Notes: generated by a model from the sequence alone, not told the origin. Positions 36,334-49,424 are shown, counted from the first letter of the stretch. The stretch is 64,000 nucleotides of DNA from Lepidodermella squamata (GCA_047495785.1 JBLDXI010000043.1:62001-126000); one strand, 5' to 3'. Numbers and translations: made by a program.

Positions 36334-37129
36334 CCTGGTTTGTTTAAAAATATCTGAATTTCCTTTTTCCACGTCGAAATATGTGCCAAAAAATTTCGCC
36401 ACGAGCGCTAATTAAAATTTCAACAAGCCCCGCGCTGAAGTTAACGCATTTCATCGTTTTTGTTTTATTTTTTGAGGCGGAGAAAAATCCTTAAATAGCT
36501 GTGAAAAATCCCTCGTATGTTTCACGGTTTTAATCGCAAAAAATCATATTCAATTCCAATAAATTTGTTCTTAACAAGTGAAATTTCCCGAAATTTTTGA
36601 AAAATTCGAAAAATTCTTTGCGTTTTTGCTGTCTTTTATATTTTACGTTTTCGAACCGACTTAACGCCTTACCCATGGCTGCTATAAGGGATTCTGCTTT
36701 TTTTAGCCGCTGGTCTACCGTCGAAAAAATACGATGATTAATTTTGCATTATAATATTGTTATAATGCATGATATCTTGGAAAATGGCCTCGATTATATT
36801 TTTATCATTTTTTTCAGGTTGTCGGCCGATTGTAACAGGACGTTCGAAAATACAATTGATTAACATTCATCTGATTTTCTCTTATCTGGTGGCGCAATAA
36901 AGATATAACTTTTTATTATGTTTTGTTTTTAATTAAACCGCGCGCGCTATTCACCTGAGTAGTTTTTCGCGCGCGCGCGCGCACTCTGCAGGGGCGCCGC
37001 CTATAATAACAGCTGTTGGACTCTCTTGTTCACGCTTTGTGACTTCACGCACGGTTCGGCTCGCAATGTCCGCGGTTTCTTTTCCGTAGTTTGCGCAGTT
37101 TTCTTAAAGGTATATCTATGCGCGCGATC

Positions 37130-37176
37130 TATTTTTGCGCGCCAAATCGCTGATTGGCCCGCCTAACGTATAAGAA
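37130..37176 (+). promoter_or_regulatory. Putative promoter of the transposon ORF2: E2F-like site, CCAAT box, TATA-like box
   Basis: GCGCGCCAAA (37137-46), ATTGG (37153-57) and TATAAGAA (37169-76), 70-110 nt upstream of ATG 37248; motif match only. Confidence 0.45.
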
Positions 37177-37247
37177 GGAGTATGTTGGTAAGTTTAAATC
37201 ATTCTTGCTCTCAGCTCGAATTTATTTCTCTGACATTGCTGATCATA

Positions 37248-38866
37248 ATGAAACATTTTCTCATTTTGTGGACCAAAGATCGCACGCTCAGCATTATGCG
37301 GTCTGGTGACAACATGTTGCGAGGCTTTACAGCTGACCAACTGGTTGTAGGCGGGCGTCTTCGCATCAACTGGCGAGACGCCGGCAACTTGTACGACGCC
37401 GAAATCGCCGCCATCGGCTCCGAGGCCGAAATTCAAGTCGCGCACGACGCCATCCTTCGCATGAACGCACAGCCGCCGACCAAGTCGAAGAAAGCGAAGC
37501 GCTCCGTGGTCATCAGCAGCGACACTGAGGACGACGATGTGCCTCTGCGACCATCTCGTTCTCCGTCTCCATCGCCGTCTCCATCTCCTTCACCTACACC
37601 GTCGAAGTCGGTTCCGGCCGACCTTGTTCGGATGCCGCCTCCGAAGCCCATGCAGCTGGGCCGAAAAGCAGCCACGTCGTCTCAGCAAGTCCGCCAGTCC
37701 ACCAGTCAGCCAGTCCGCCAGCTCTCGAGCGAGCCGCCGCGTCCGCGGTCTCAGCACGCCTCAGCTACGCCGACGTCGTCACCTGCCTCTTTTCGCCAGC
37801 TATTGAGCGAGCCGCTTCAACACGCGTCAACTACGCCGTCGTCGTCGTCGTCTGCACGCCCGCCATCATCATCCACTATCGAAGAGACGCCATCGTCGCG
37901 CCCTGCTTCTACGCCAGCCGACAGCGGGTCGACTTCATCAGATGGCCGCGACTCAAGAGTAGGTCATTTTATTTGTTATTCGGCTTATTTTCTTTCGGTT
38001 TTCGACTGCGAAAAAATCTTTCAAAAATTGAATAATTGCTTTTCCGTAGCTGAATTTTGTTAAAAATTATTGAGCTTTGCTTATTCCAAAATTGAATTTT
38101 AAGGTGTTTTTTTGTTGGAATTCGTTGACTTTTTTAGTCAAATAATTTCAAACATTACGTTTAAAAATAATTGAATTCAAAATCCTCATTCTCAACTGTA
38201 AACCCTTTGCTCATTCTAAAATTTAATGTTTTAAGGTGGTTTTTTCGATGAAATTCTTTGACTTTTTTCTCTGTTATTATAGCTCGAGACACTGATGGTC
38301 GAGCTGCGCCGGTTCCTTCGAGCCCAGCAAGGCGCTGCGAATTCGAACAACAACACCGGGCGCTTCATCTATGGCGATGTGGATCTTGCCATGCTTGGCG
38401 GCGTGCTGCACGGCCACACGAAGTGGGCCATCGAGGCGGCGATAGTAATTTTCGGAGCCGATGCCCTCGTCAGTTCGATAATCGAGCCGAGAAGTACCCG
38501 CAGCCCGCGTCAGCCGATCACCGAGCGTACCCATGGTGACCAGTTGCGTTTGCTTAAGAGTACGTGATTTAATTGATCTAGTTTTTCGTTGCTCAACCAT
38601 CGTTCTAATCATTTTTTTTATCTCATTAACTGTTTCTTTTTCTGTTTTTAGAAGCTCTCTACGGTCTATTCGGGGCCGACAACGCGGCCTTGAAGTGGGC
38701 CCAGGTTCGGGACGCGGTAAACCAATGGGGCAACGACGAGGCCTCCCGGCGTGCTGGCCGCAAAGGCCGTCGCAGCAGTCAGCCGTCAACGTCTGACCTC
38801 GGCGCTCGAATTCGCGACATCGAAGAAGAAGAAGACAAGGAAAACAACGGCAGCAACGGCAACTGA
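37248..38866 (+). CDS. Transposon accessory protein with probable C-terminal BEN domain; exons 37248-37958, 38283-38559, 38652-38866
   Basis: All splices are in frame. N-terminal beta domain (RLRINWRDAGNLYDAEIAAIG), S/P-rich linker, then KWAIEAAIVIFGADALVSSII...LRLLKKALY...LKWAQVRDAVNQW, which resembles BEN helices. Confidence 0.72.
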
Positions 38867-41073
38867 GTTATATATTTTTTGTGTTAATTTGCGCTCAAAG
38901 CATAATTCAGGGTTCTAAATCTGGTTCAAAATTTCATAAAACCGTTTTTAGCTTATTCGTCACATTCGAGCATTGCTAGGGTTTTTTTGGGGCTTAGGAA
39001 TTTCCTCAAATCATAATTTTAGCTTCATCAAATTCGATCCTGTCTGGTGTTTAGGGTGTTCAATAGGTTCTAAAATCGTAATTTTTTCGTAATTTCGATT
39101 CAAATTAGATTGATTTGTTCTCGGTTTGTTTCTAGCTTTGGTGGACGAAAGGGGGTACAAAATTTTTCAAAATCCAATAGTTCGTGGTATTTTTAACTTC
39201 ATCCGATTCCAAATCCTGTCTTGGTTTTTACATCTCACCATTATAGCTGGTGCTGAAAATTCTAGGAGCTAGTTTGCAGTGTTTGCCTAATTATTTTTTA
39301 GTTTTTTCTGGTTTTTAGTTTAAATATGCTTCCAAATATTTTAATATTGATTCGAAAATCATTTGTTCTCAACTCTTCAAATTATATTATTGTGCTGTCT
39401 ACTCGCGCAATAAATGTGTTTGTCTGCCCTGAAAATTTTCTATAATTATGTTATGCCTGTTATCTTGCCTTTTTATATCTATTGCGTAATATGCTTTATA
39501 GCTCTCGGCTTGTTTGTCTGTTATACCTTCTGTCTTGTCCTTTTCTATATGTGTTTTTTAATATGCTTCATATGCTTTTGTACTTCGGTTCCTGCGTGAT
39601 TTTGTATTTACGATATAAAATATTATAGTCGATTTGTCGTCATTTCCTGTGGCAAATAAAAGCGCAGTTGTCAGCTATGAATTCGCTTGTTTCATCGAAC
39701 GGTTTTATTGCAGCAATAAGGTCCCAGTTATAAAGAACAAAGACGTAGATAAAAGCAGCTGAGAAACTCATCCAAGATATTAATTTAGACGGCGAACATA
39801 AGTTAAGACCAACCAAGATCAGCCAAGATCATTGAAGGCGACCTAAGCTAAGATCTTCTAAGATTTTGCAAGATCGTGCAGGAACTTAGCTGATCTTGCT
39901 TGATCATTAAAGATAATTGCTGATCATCGCAGCTGCAGCGAAGAATCTTGCTAAGACCAATTCTCCTGGGGGTTATTCCTACGACAAAGAAAAGACAGAA
40001 TGAGGATTCGGTAATTCCATCAACTCACTCATCGAGCTGCTTTGAAAGGCCGAAATCGGCTATTTTAGCATCTCTCGCTCCAGCTGTTAGTAGAATATTC
40101 TGGAAAATTCACGGATTTATATTTAAAATAAACTAAAAGAAAGAATCACCTCTGTCTTCAAATCTCGATGCGTTATTCCCATATCGTGGAGGTAGACCAG
40201 TGCAAGGCCGATTTGAGTTAACCATCGCTTTATCTCGCTGAAATCGAAATTCGACTGGGTCTTGACTTTTTCTTGGATTGCCTCGTACATATTGCCACAT
40301 TCACAGAATTCAATGGCGATATAGCGATGCAGCTCATCTGTAAAATATTGGAAATGGTGGCTATAAGGATATAGAATTTATAGTCATCTTACGGTCCCAG
40401 GAGTCGAAAAATCTGACAATATTGGGATGACTGAGTTTGCGAAGAAAGTTAGGCTCATTCAAACACCGTCCCGCACTCCGCGAAACTCGTTTTATGACAA
40501 CTGCCTCTGTATTAAGTTTTGGCCCGTACGTTGGACAGTTCATTTCACCTCAGACAATTATCACCGGAAATAAGTTGTTTTGATCCCGTTCTTTGTAAAC
40601 AAAACCGATGATAAGGAAACGTTCTAATAAAGCGATAAGAAAATGAATTACAGTCGAGATTTGAAGTATCTTTGAATGTGAATCTAATGCCAGAGATTAC
40701 GTCATATTATGCCACCTACCACCTACTTTGTCTCTGGTTACAGTGAATCAATCATTTCCAGCTTTGGTTTGGTCTAGGTCTGGAAAATGAATCGATATGA
40801 TTGAAATTTTCGTCGAGCAAGGCTCCAAAACACTTAAGCCCACTTAACACCGATTTCAAGCGAGAAAATGTCTCGCCACTCGTCGGATAATCATCGAACC
40901 ACATAAGTTGAAACTATAAACTGAGTTTGATTCCGGAGCGAAATTGTATGAATTCAACCTGCTTGTTTTCAGATGACTCTCAATTATCGTTAAAATAACA
41001 ATGATCCGAAAACCAAATTCAGTAATATGCATAATTACAGACAATTTTACTGAAGACTTAGTTTTTATAATAT

Positions 41074-43601
41074 TCAACGACGTAGCTGCCTTGGGGCTTG
41101 CGCGAGCAGAGTCACTACGTCAGTTCTGTTATTCATTCGCGCCAAATCTAACGCAGTTTGGTCCGAATTGTTCTTTTTCTCGACTTCAACCGCGCCCGTA
41201 TTCTTGAGCAGCTCGACGATCTCGCGATGGCCAGCTTGCGCTGCTAGCATGAAAGCCGTATTCCCCTCGTTGTCGGGCAAATCGATTGTAACCAACCACT
41301 TTCCATCTAGTTTCAACAGAGCGTTCACGCATTTCAGGTGACCGTTAGTACTGGCTTCGTGTAGCGCTGTTCTTCCCGCCGCGTTTTTCCTATCCGCCAA
41401 GGCTTTGACAGAGAAAAAGCCGTCACGTTCCCGGCTGTTCTCAAATCTGAATTTTGCATCGAGCAATTTCTTGACAACAGCGTGATAACCTTGTCGACAA
41501 CACGCGTGGATGCACGTATCGCCCTCTGACACACGATTCATCTGGCCCATCAACTGCGAGTTCCATTGATAGTCGAGCAGACCTAGGCTTTGCTGTCTTG
41601 CATGCGTATACCATAGAGTAATAGCCACGCCAGAATCAACACCCAGAAGGCAGGCTTCGAAAAATGACTAGGAAATTCGATTTTAGGGGGAAAATTTGGT
41701 CTAAGAATGTAGTCGAACCTTGTACGTTGCTCTCATCCATTCGTCTCGCTGTTTTTCAGCAGCCTTGCGTTTACTTTTTGCTGTCTATTGGAAATACGAC
41801 ATAAGACGCGGGCGGAATTTTTCTAATCCTAATTTACGATATCATCTCTGACCTTTAAATGGTCATAGATCACGTTATACAAAAACATAGCTCTCCTAAT
41901 TTTGCAGCGTTGCGATTTTGAAAATTTTGAAATGCTTACCTCAACCTTTTCTTTCAAGGCATTGATTTCTTCGCTTGAACGCAGATTAAGAGCTTCCAAC
42001 TTCCGCCTTGCTTCTTCAGCTCGAGCAGTTTGGTCTGCCAACTGTGTCCTTAAGGCATCAAGCTGAAAAAACCCCAAAATGCATTATTGAGTTTCAATTA
42101 TAGTATAGCGAATCTACCTCATCACGTTGTCTTCGCATTCGCTGGTGGATGTAGCTGAAGTTAGAAGTCATCGCTTGTATTTCTGGGACATTGAAGTATT
42201 CGCATGCCATAATTTCATTCATCGTGCTACGCTCGCTTTGCTTTGTGACCAGAAGCTTGTTAACAATCATATCGCGCAACTGCGGGTCACTGATTTGCAA
42301 CGGTTGCTGATCGACGCGTCCGGATGAAAGCGGATTGAAGCTTCATAAGATAAGAGTATAGTAAAACTTTTATTGCCGTTGGAAAATGATCTCACTTTTC
42401 TTGGTTTAAGATGCCAGTCAACTCATCGGCGACCACATTTATGCGCCAGGGTAGCTCAAGGGTAGCTATTTCAACAGCGATTATGCCATATGACCAGCAA
42501 TCGACGCGTGGATCTATTCTTGAGCCAGGTGCCAGGCGGAACCTTTCCGGGGCCATGTAACAGTACGTGCCAACCAGCCAGTTTTCGGAGGAACGGCACT
42601 GCGAGCTTATGAAAAATACCATGTCTCATTTATTTTTCCCTCAGATGAAATCATTAAGTTTCGAACATAGAGAACGAACATAGAGAACCATCGTTCTCTA
42701 TGGTTTCGAATATCTAGGTGAGGCTGGTGTTGAGGTGATTCTGTCTACTGTATCGTCAATGGGTCAGCTTTTTTGACATATATTTGACATATATTTTGGA
42801 TCCATGCATGATCTATTGAGTTCTAGATCCTAGATCCACTATTATTTCCGTGTTTTGGACTTTAGAAAGTACCGCTATTCACCGTAACAATGTTAGCCGT
42901 GATCGCCGAAAAATTTTAGGATTCGAAATTGGAATTGAAAAATCCGGTCATTCCCGGTTATTCCGATTATTCCCCCAAAAAAGGTATCAGTTAGTTTTTG
43001 GCTTACGCTTCTCTCAGCTTGGCAAGGCCGAAATCGGCAACTTTCAAGCTGCGTTTGTCGGTTGTGATGAGAATGTTCTCAGGCTTCAAATCGGAATGAG
43101 TGATACCCATGTCGTGGATGTAGGCCATAGCGTAGCCCAGTTCAGCTTGCCAACGCTTTCGTAACGTCGGTTCGAGCTGTTCGTGGTCATTCTCAATGCG
43201 TCTGTTAAGTTCACTCCTCAACTCGCCTCCGCCACAATACTCGAGGTCCATGATCCAGAAGTCGGCATCTATGAAATATTGAATATTGAAGCTTCGAAGT
43301 TTTAAACATACTGTGCCATGTCCTCACCTTGAAAAGCATTGTAAATCCTGACGATATTAGGATGGCTTAACATACGGAGCGACTGTGATTCCCGCAGCAA
43401 AGATTTCTCCAGGGCGGTGAATTCTGCACAGGTAAGTCGCAGCCTCTTGATAGCAACCGGATGCTTCGCCTCAGCCCGGAAAACTCCATCATTCTGACCG
43501 CCACCTATGAATTTCCCCACGAATTCATACTCAATTACATTCCCTGCCTGTCTGTTGGTAATTGGCGAAGGCAAGGGCACATTCTGTTGATCTTGCTCCA
43601 T
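41074..43601 (-). CDS. Kinase-coiled coil-ankyrin gene B2 (duplicate of B1, compact introns)
   Basis: Same exon series as B1 (MEQDQQNVPL..., HSDLKPEN, GTYCYMAPE, coiled-coil exon, ankyrin exon ending AQAPRQLRR). Confidence 0.88.
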
Positions 43602-44479
43602 CTCAGACGAAAAACTGACTGAAAAGCAAACATCACTTTAACCTTTTGTATGCCAGATTATTAGGCATTTCCTAGAAAAAATGATCTTATCATTTGATGC
43701 AACGATAACAAAATGCCGCAATTATTACTGTTAGTATAAAATCTGTATTAATACCACCAACCACAGCTTATCAGTTCTTGAGCATTGTGGACGTCGCCAG
43801 AAAATAATTGGCCAGCCCATACAGAGTTACTCGCAATGAATGATAAAATATCATTTCCTTGGTAAGTTATCTGGAACTTGACCTTATTTCACCTGAAGTG
43901 ATCCAAGATGATCGTGATAATGATCCCAGGAGAAACTTGGATAATATAATAGAAGCTTATTCCATGCATTACTGTGTTGTTGGAAAAATGAGAAATTTAA
44001 GAGGTGGTCACGAACAGGCGTAGAAGAAAGCAGTGAAAAAAGCAATGATTCAGCGTCGTGAAAACGTTTTTCCCGTTATTTTATTAACACTATTGCATTA
44101 CGTGGTCACAAACACACTTTTTTATTAGTAACAGAGGAGATTTTTGGTGGAAACAAAAAAACTAGGCACAAGCGGGAACCCTTGTCGGTTCGGGTCCAAA
44201 ATTTCAGATTTCAGACACGTGGACAACTCTGCCCTGGGCTCTATGCTTTACCACTGCGGGTGATGTTAAAATACGATATCACAAGCCAGGGTTGATAGTA
44301 GAAAGTAAAACAATTAACGAAAAATTCCATTTTTCTTGAGAACAATTCAAGCAGAACTCGACGCTGCTAAGCCACGGAAAGCAAGCGGATTGTTGAAAAA
44401 TGTGTTTGCGCTATGAGCAATGAAGTGACTGTTTGTGCACACCCATTTGCAAACATATTTCAGTATTTATTCACTTAGA

Positions 44480-46539
44480 TTAACTGACGCGGTTTACAAT
44501 ATCGGGTTCATTTTTGGCACCCCTTTGTATCAACAAATCGATCATTTTTGGGATTTTTCCTCTAATAGCCAAAGCCAACGGCGTCAAACCAGCGTTATTT
44601 TTGCCATTCACTTTAGCGCCCTTCAAAACGAGATACTTCGCGATTTCGTATCTGTCAGTGTTGATGGCGTTATTGAGTGCCGTATCGCCCTCATCGTCCC
44701 GCGCATCGAGATCGACGCCTTCGAAGTCACAGAGAAGTTTCACGCATTCGAAACTGCCATTAGAACAGGCGGCTTGAAGGGGAGTATTGCCACTGAAATT
44801 GCCTTTGTTTAAAAGCAGCCTCAACGACGCGTCATCAATTTCGAAGGTTAATTTCATCATCAAAAGTAGTAGCTCGAGCATTCGGTGTTGCTTGAAGGCA
44901 CAGCACACTCTGAAACATGTTGCTCCATCGCTGTCCGAGACTTCGACCAGCGAATATGGCAACGGCCCGTGTACCTCCATTCGATGGACAACGCTCAGCA
45001 ATTTCAGAGCAACATTAGGCTGTAAGCATGCTATTGCAGATAATTCGTCGCCAAGGGCACAGGAAAATAGGAAGGTCTAAATATAAGGAAGTTTTATCTT
45101 TCCTGTCCCCATAACATTGCGATTCACGCCTCACCCTCTCCATTTCAATTCTAGCTACATTTTGTTCAGATTCGAGATTCGTCAACAGCAGATGCTCACT
45201 CTGCGTTGGATTGAAAGGAAAGGTAAGAGAAAAGCCGAATTTATGGCAATGAACTTCTCACTTCAAGTTCCTTCGGAAGATTTTCCACCTCCAAGTCGTG
45301 AAGCTGCTCAGCTTCCATGTGTTGCCTCTGAATCTGAATATTACACAGGAGCCTTTAAAATTGAACGATTTTAACACAGATGTGCCAATTAAACAAAGGC
45401 ACTAAAGAACTAAGATTTACACTTATTCATGGAAAATCACCTCTTCCAGGTGTTGTATCTCTTCTCGCAGTTCGTTTCTCAAACCAGCCTGATTTAACGC
45501 GAACAGTTACAGAAACTAATTTAGGGAAATGAGGCCACTCACCAAAGCCCTGATATCATCCATCTGTTGTCTCAGATAGGGACTGTCATTCAAAACTTCC
45601 TCGAGGATGGATCCAGCGAAATAATTATCGCTCATCGCTGATACCATATCTGACCTGTCTTTTTGCAATCTAACCACAAGCTTGTCGACAATGAGCCGGC
45701 GCAACTGCTCATCCTCAATCTCATTGATGCGCGGAATCGTAAGTTGCTTGCTGTATAAATGCGAACGTATTTTATGTTCAAGTGTTCCGTAAACTGATCC
45801 TTGATCCACCGCCAGCCATGGAATTTCTAAAATAACCAGTTCGTAAGCAATAATGCCAAATTTCCAAACATCAGTTTTAGGATCGTCCAATTTCCCTCTA
45901 ACGACGCCGTGCTCTTCTGGTGAAAAATAACGCGGAGTACCAACTAGGGATTTCGAAGAAGCCACGCTATTTCTAGAAACCTAATTGCTTTGAGAGATTT
46001 TGGAGAATGTTCATCAACGAACCCGCCAGTTTGTTTGGAGAAGCCGAAATCCGCAAGTTTGGCATCGCGATTGTTGTTTTTCAGCAGAATGTTCTACATT
46101 GCCAAGTTGAAAAAACAAAAATAAACACGATTGGGCAAACGAATTACATCAGGCTTCAAATCGCGATGGACGATTTCCAAATCGTGGAGGTAAGCCAGCG
46201 CGAGACCGATCTGCGTGAGCCATCGTTTGATCTGGTCATAACTGAAGGCCGTGCCTTGAAATTTATGGCTCATTATAGCCCGGAACAAATCTCTGCCTTC
46301 GCAAAACTCGAGTGCAATGTATCGATAATTCGGACCTATTAAGCAAACAAAGAGATATTTTTTGCTCCTGCTGGCCTGATATCGAACTACTTACAGTCCC
46401 AGGAGTCGATGAAGGCGACTATGTTCGGGTGGCTCAGCATTCGAAGCAGATTCGGCTCGTTGAGTATTCGCTGCGATGAGTTGTTGGTCGCTCGAAGTGA
46501 CACTCGTTTTATTACGACCTCCTGCGTAAGGCTATCCAT
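44480..46539 (-). CDS. Kinase-ankyrin gene C1 (A-related kinase, distinct ankyrin module)
   Basis: EVVIKRVS..LNEPNLLRMLSHPNIVAFIDSWD | HRDLKPD | ADFGFSK | GTPRYFSPE..KTDVWKFGIIAYEL; short linker exons; ankyrin exon (GNTPLQAAC, GDTALNNAI, GLTPLALAIRG). Start codon uncertain. Confidence 0.82.
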
Positions 46540-47474
46540 GTCCAAGATTACTACCAAAGCCGGCTATCTCAAACAATCGATCCTTGATAACTTGTTTAGG
46601 TGCATGCTTGAGAAGCCTAAGGCCATCAAGTTTACAACTGCTCATGCATTATCCCGTGAATGAGCACGAAACATTGTCTTACTTGATATCGTTGTTATTA
46701 GATAAGAAAAAATGAATGAATGAATGCTACATAAAAACTACAACCATAAGGCGAGAGTAAACACAGCTCGAAAAATTGAAGCTCGGCGTTACCACTTTCT
46801 CCGATTTGCTCTCATTTTTGGTTCACAAAAACAATAAGCCATAGCACACTTTTTGGAAACCTGAAAAGCAATGGTCGGATATTTTTGTTTCAATTTTTGA
46901 GAAGGCCTATTTTAGAGATTTGAGCAATAAATACCTATTTCAATGTGTAAAATTGTTTGAAAGTCGCAGTAAATTTGACATGCCGCAGAACGGGGACCAG
47001 GTACCAGAGCTGAAAAACCTGCAGGATTTCCTAATAACCCATCATTTCTAAACCAAGGTTTCTTAGTTTGAATAATGCCAATTGGAACTTGGAATTAGGA
47101 CTAATAGAGACTCTATTAGTCACAAGTTACAGGCCGCGATACTCGATACTCATGGAGAGGCGATATGGGAGCCTGGAATTAGCCGAAAAAAAATTGCATC
47201 GCTATATATTTGCCATATTTTTTATCCCATTGAAGGTATATTTACACAAGGCGAGATTTTTCTCAAGATGATGTGACAAATAAATGAAATATTTCAATAG
47301 CAGGAAATGAAAAACCAAGCCTTGATCGATTCTTTAAGATTCAATCCATATCTAATTCAACCACAAAAAACACAGATAATTTTAAAATATAATGTATACT
47401 CACTGTGTCGCAAAGCAACATAATTATTACTGAATTAGGCAGTCCACATTTTTAATAAATGTTTATCTCTCCAG

Positions 47475-48417
47475 ACATTTCCGGGCCGGAAGTAACCCGG
47501 AAGTAAGTTTGAGAAGTAACCCGGTTATTTCGGTTTAACCGGCGGTTAACCGCGGGTTCCGCTATGTTTAAGATGGAATCGATCATTCATCATAATTAAT
47601 AACCGATAATCGATAATCGATACTCGATAATCCGTTGCTCAGACAAAGAAACAAACGGTCCCAGCGTCTTCAGCATGAAATTCTACCCCGGACTACAAAT
47701 TTTTAGCATTGTTGGACAATTAGAACTCGAGATATCGTAAAATCAGTGTTACTTCCGATCCCAATTAAGCTAGCGGAAAACTTTCTTTGTACTTAATTTT
47801 TCAAAGAAGAACGGCAAAACCGCTTCCTTTCATGTCGAAATCCCCCTTAGAAATCCGCGAGGGGTGAATTTGGTACGAGGACTCGGAATCTTTTTTCAGA
47901 ATTTTTATAGCTATCATGGTTATCGAGATAATTAGGGGTCATAAATTAATTTATTGCTTTATTGCCGGGATGCTCTGAATTTTATTTTTGTCTCAAATAC
48001 CTTTTGTGATACATCGTCTAGACCAGAATTTCACGAGGAATCGAATGGCAGTTCTGCTCTGGCGATCATTGGTAAAAAGGAATTAACGTTTAAATTGATG
48101 CAAAAATCCAATTTTTCAAAAAAATATTCTTACCTTTTTCTGCCCACATGGTCACCTCTGTTAACTAAATCTTAGCTTAATACTTAATAGTGACAGCATT
48201 GAATAATGTAGCTGTAACACATATAGTGAAACCTTGGAATATCTACGATGAAAAACACAAATTACTACTGGTCCAGCTATGTATAGCCAAAACGCGAACC
48301 GGCGGTTAACCGGCGGTTTTTGAGGCTGGAAAAAAGTGGAACGGGGCGGTTTCGGTTCGAAAAAACCGGGTTCAACCCGGTTAGAACCGGCGGTTTTTTG
48401 GAACCGGAACATCTCTA
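47475..48417. mobile_element. Probable non-autonomous DNA transposon remnant (hAT-like end)
   Basis: Right end GGAACCGGAACATCTCTA (TAGAGATG-type terminus) with clustered AACCGGCGGTT/AACCCGG repeats at both ends; left TIR and TSD not resolved. Confidence 0.45.
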
Positions 48418-48554
48418 TTTCCGGCAATCAAAACGTGTAAAATAGGAATTCGTATATTTTCTTTTATTCTATTTTATAATATATTTATAATATTATAATA
48501 TTTAATATAATATTTATTTTATAATATTTAATATAATATTTATTTTATAATATG

Positions 48555-49124
48555 CAAGCCAGAATCAACACCCAGTAGGCAGGCCTCGAAGAATGACTGA
48601 ACATGTTTAGGGTTAAAATCTACCTCTTGACGCTGTCTTCGCATTTGCTGGTGTACGTAGTTGAAATTAGCAGTCATCGCCTGTATTTCAAGGACATTGA
48701 AGTATTCACACTTCATTATGTCGTTCATCCTGCTTCGCTGGTATTGATTTTTAACCACAACCTTGTTAACAATCATATCACGCAAATGATCGTCATCGAT
48801 CTGCAACGGCTGCTGGCCGACACGTCCGGACGAGAGTGGATTGAAGCTTTATAAGATAAGTGTAGAACACAAACTCTATTTTCATTAACAATAAAAAATG
48901 TTACTTCTCTCGGTTGATGATCTCGGTTGAAATCAGCGATTACTAGATTTATAGGCCATGGCTGCTCCAGAGTTGCCATTTCAATGGCGATTATGCCTAA
49001 TGGCCAGCAATCGACGCGTGGGTCAATTCTCGAGCCCACTCTATCAGGTGCATCGGCGAACTGCTCCGGAGCCATGTAATAATCGGTTCCCAACAGCCAG
49101 TTATCAGAAGAACGGCACTGTGAT
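48555..49124 (-). pseudogene. Truncated B-type kinase-ankyrin remnant (B3)
   Basis: C-lobe exons (GTDYYMAPE..RVDCWPLG; MQIDDDHLRDMIVNK) are present. The N-lobe and coiled-coil exons are missing, and the ankyrin exon breaks off after SFFEACLLGVDSG at an AT-rich tandem tract (48450-48552). Confidence 0.8.
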
Positions 49125-49424
49125 CTTAATAAAAAATTCTGTTTCAACGTCAACGTTCAACTTCTTTGACTTGGATCACTTCGTAAAATGCGAAAAAACC
49201 CAAAGTTCACATTATATTTTTCTTATATTTCCTAACCCTGACTCTGACTAAACCTGACTATTTAGATACTTGGCCCGAGTCCGTTTAGACGTCTTTCACT
49301 GCAATCTAAACTAAAGCCAAGCGTCAGGAATTAAATATCAATGATCTCAGCTTGTTGGACCTTTCGGAATTCGACTTCGATCAAACTATCCGATAGGTTT
49401 TGAATTGCTATAATTGATCATTTA

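Larger units (their letters stand above)
32997..39970 (+). mobile_element. Full-length CACTA/EnSpm (CMC superfamily) DNA transposon, 6,974 bp
   Basis: 12-bp TIR CCCAGGAGAATT / AATTCTCCTGGG; 2-bp TSD GG confirmed against the empty paralogous site at 21931-21940; CCAAGATC-type subterminal repeats at both ends; internal transposase. Confidence 0.92.
31567..40543 (-). pseudogene. Kinase-ankyrin gene A2, duplicate of A1, disrupted by a transposon in the activation-loop exon
   Basis: Exons 40543-39970 and 32996-31567 closely match A1. The A1 sequence ACCCGGTTAT is split in A2 as ACCCGG[TE]GGTTAT. Confidence 0.85.

Noticed and set aside
43925-43934. CCCAGGAGAA matching the CACTA TIR
   Set aside because: Only 10 bp, with no partner TIR or TSD, and the subterminal-like repeat lies on the wrong side.
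44165-44260. tRNA-like sequence (AGTGGTAAAGCA on the minus strand)
   Set aside because: No B-box or cloverleaf could be formed.
20516-46539. Assigning RIPK4/ANKK1 or NEK gene symbols
   Set aside because: Domain order resembles RIPK4/ANKK1 but the kinase motifs look NEK-like; orthology cannot be shown without a phylogeny.
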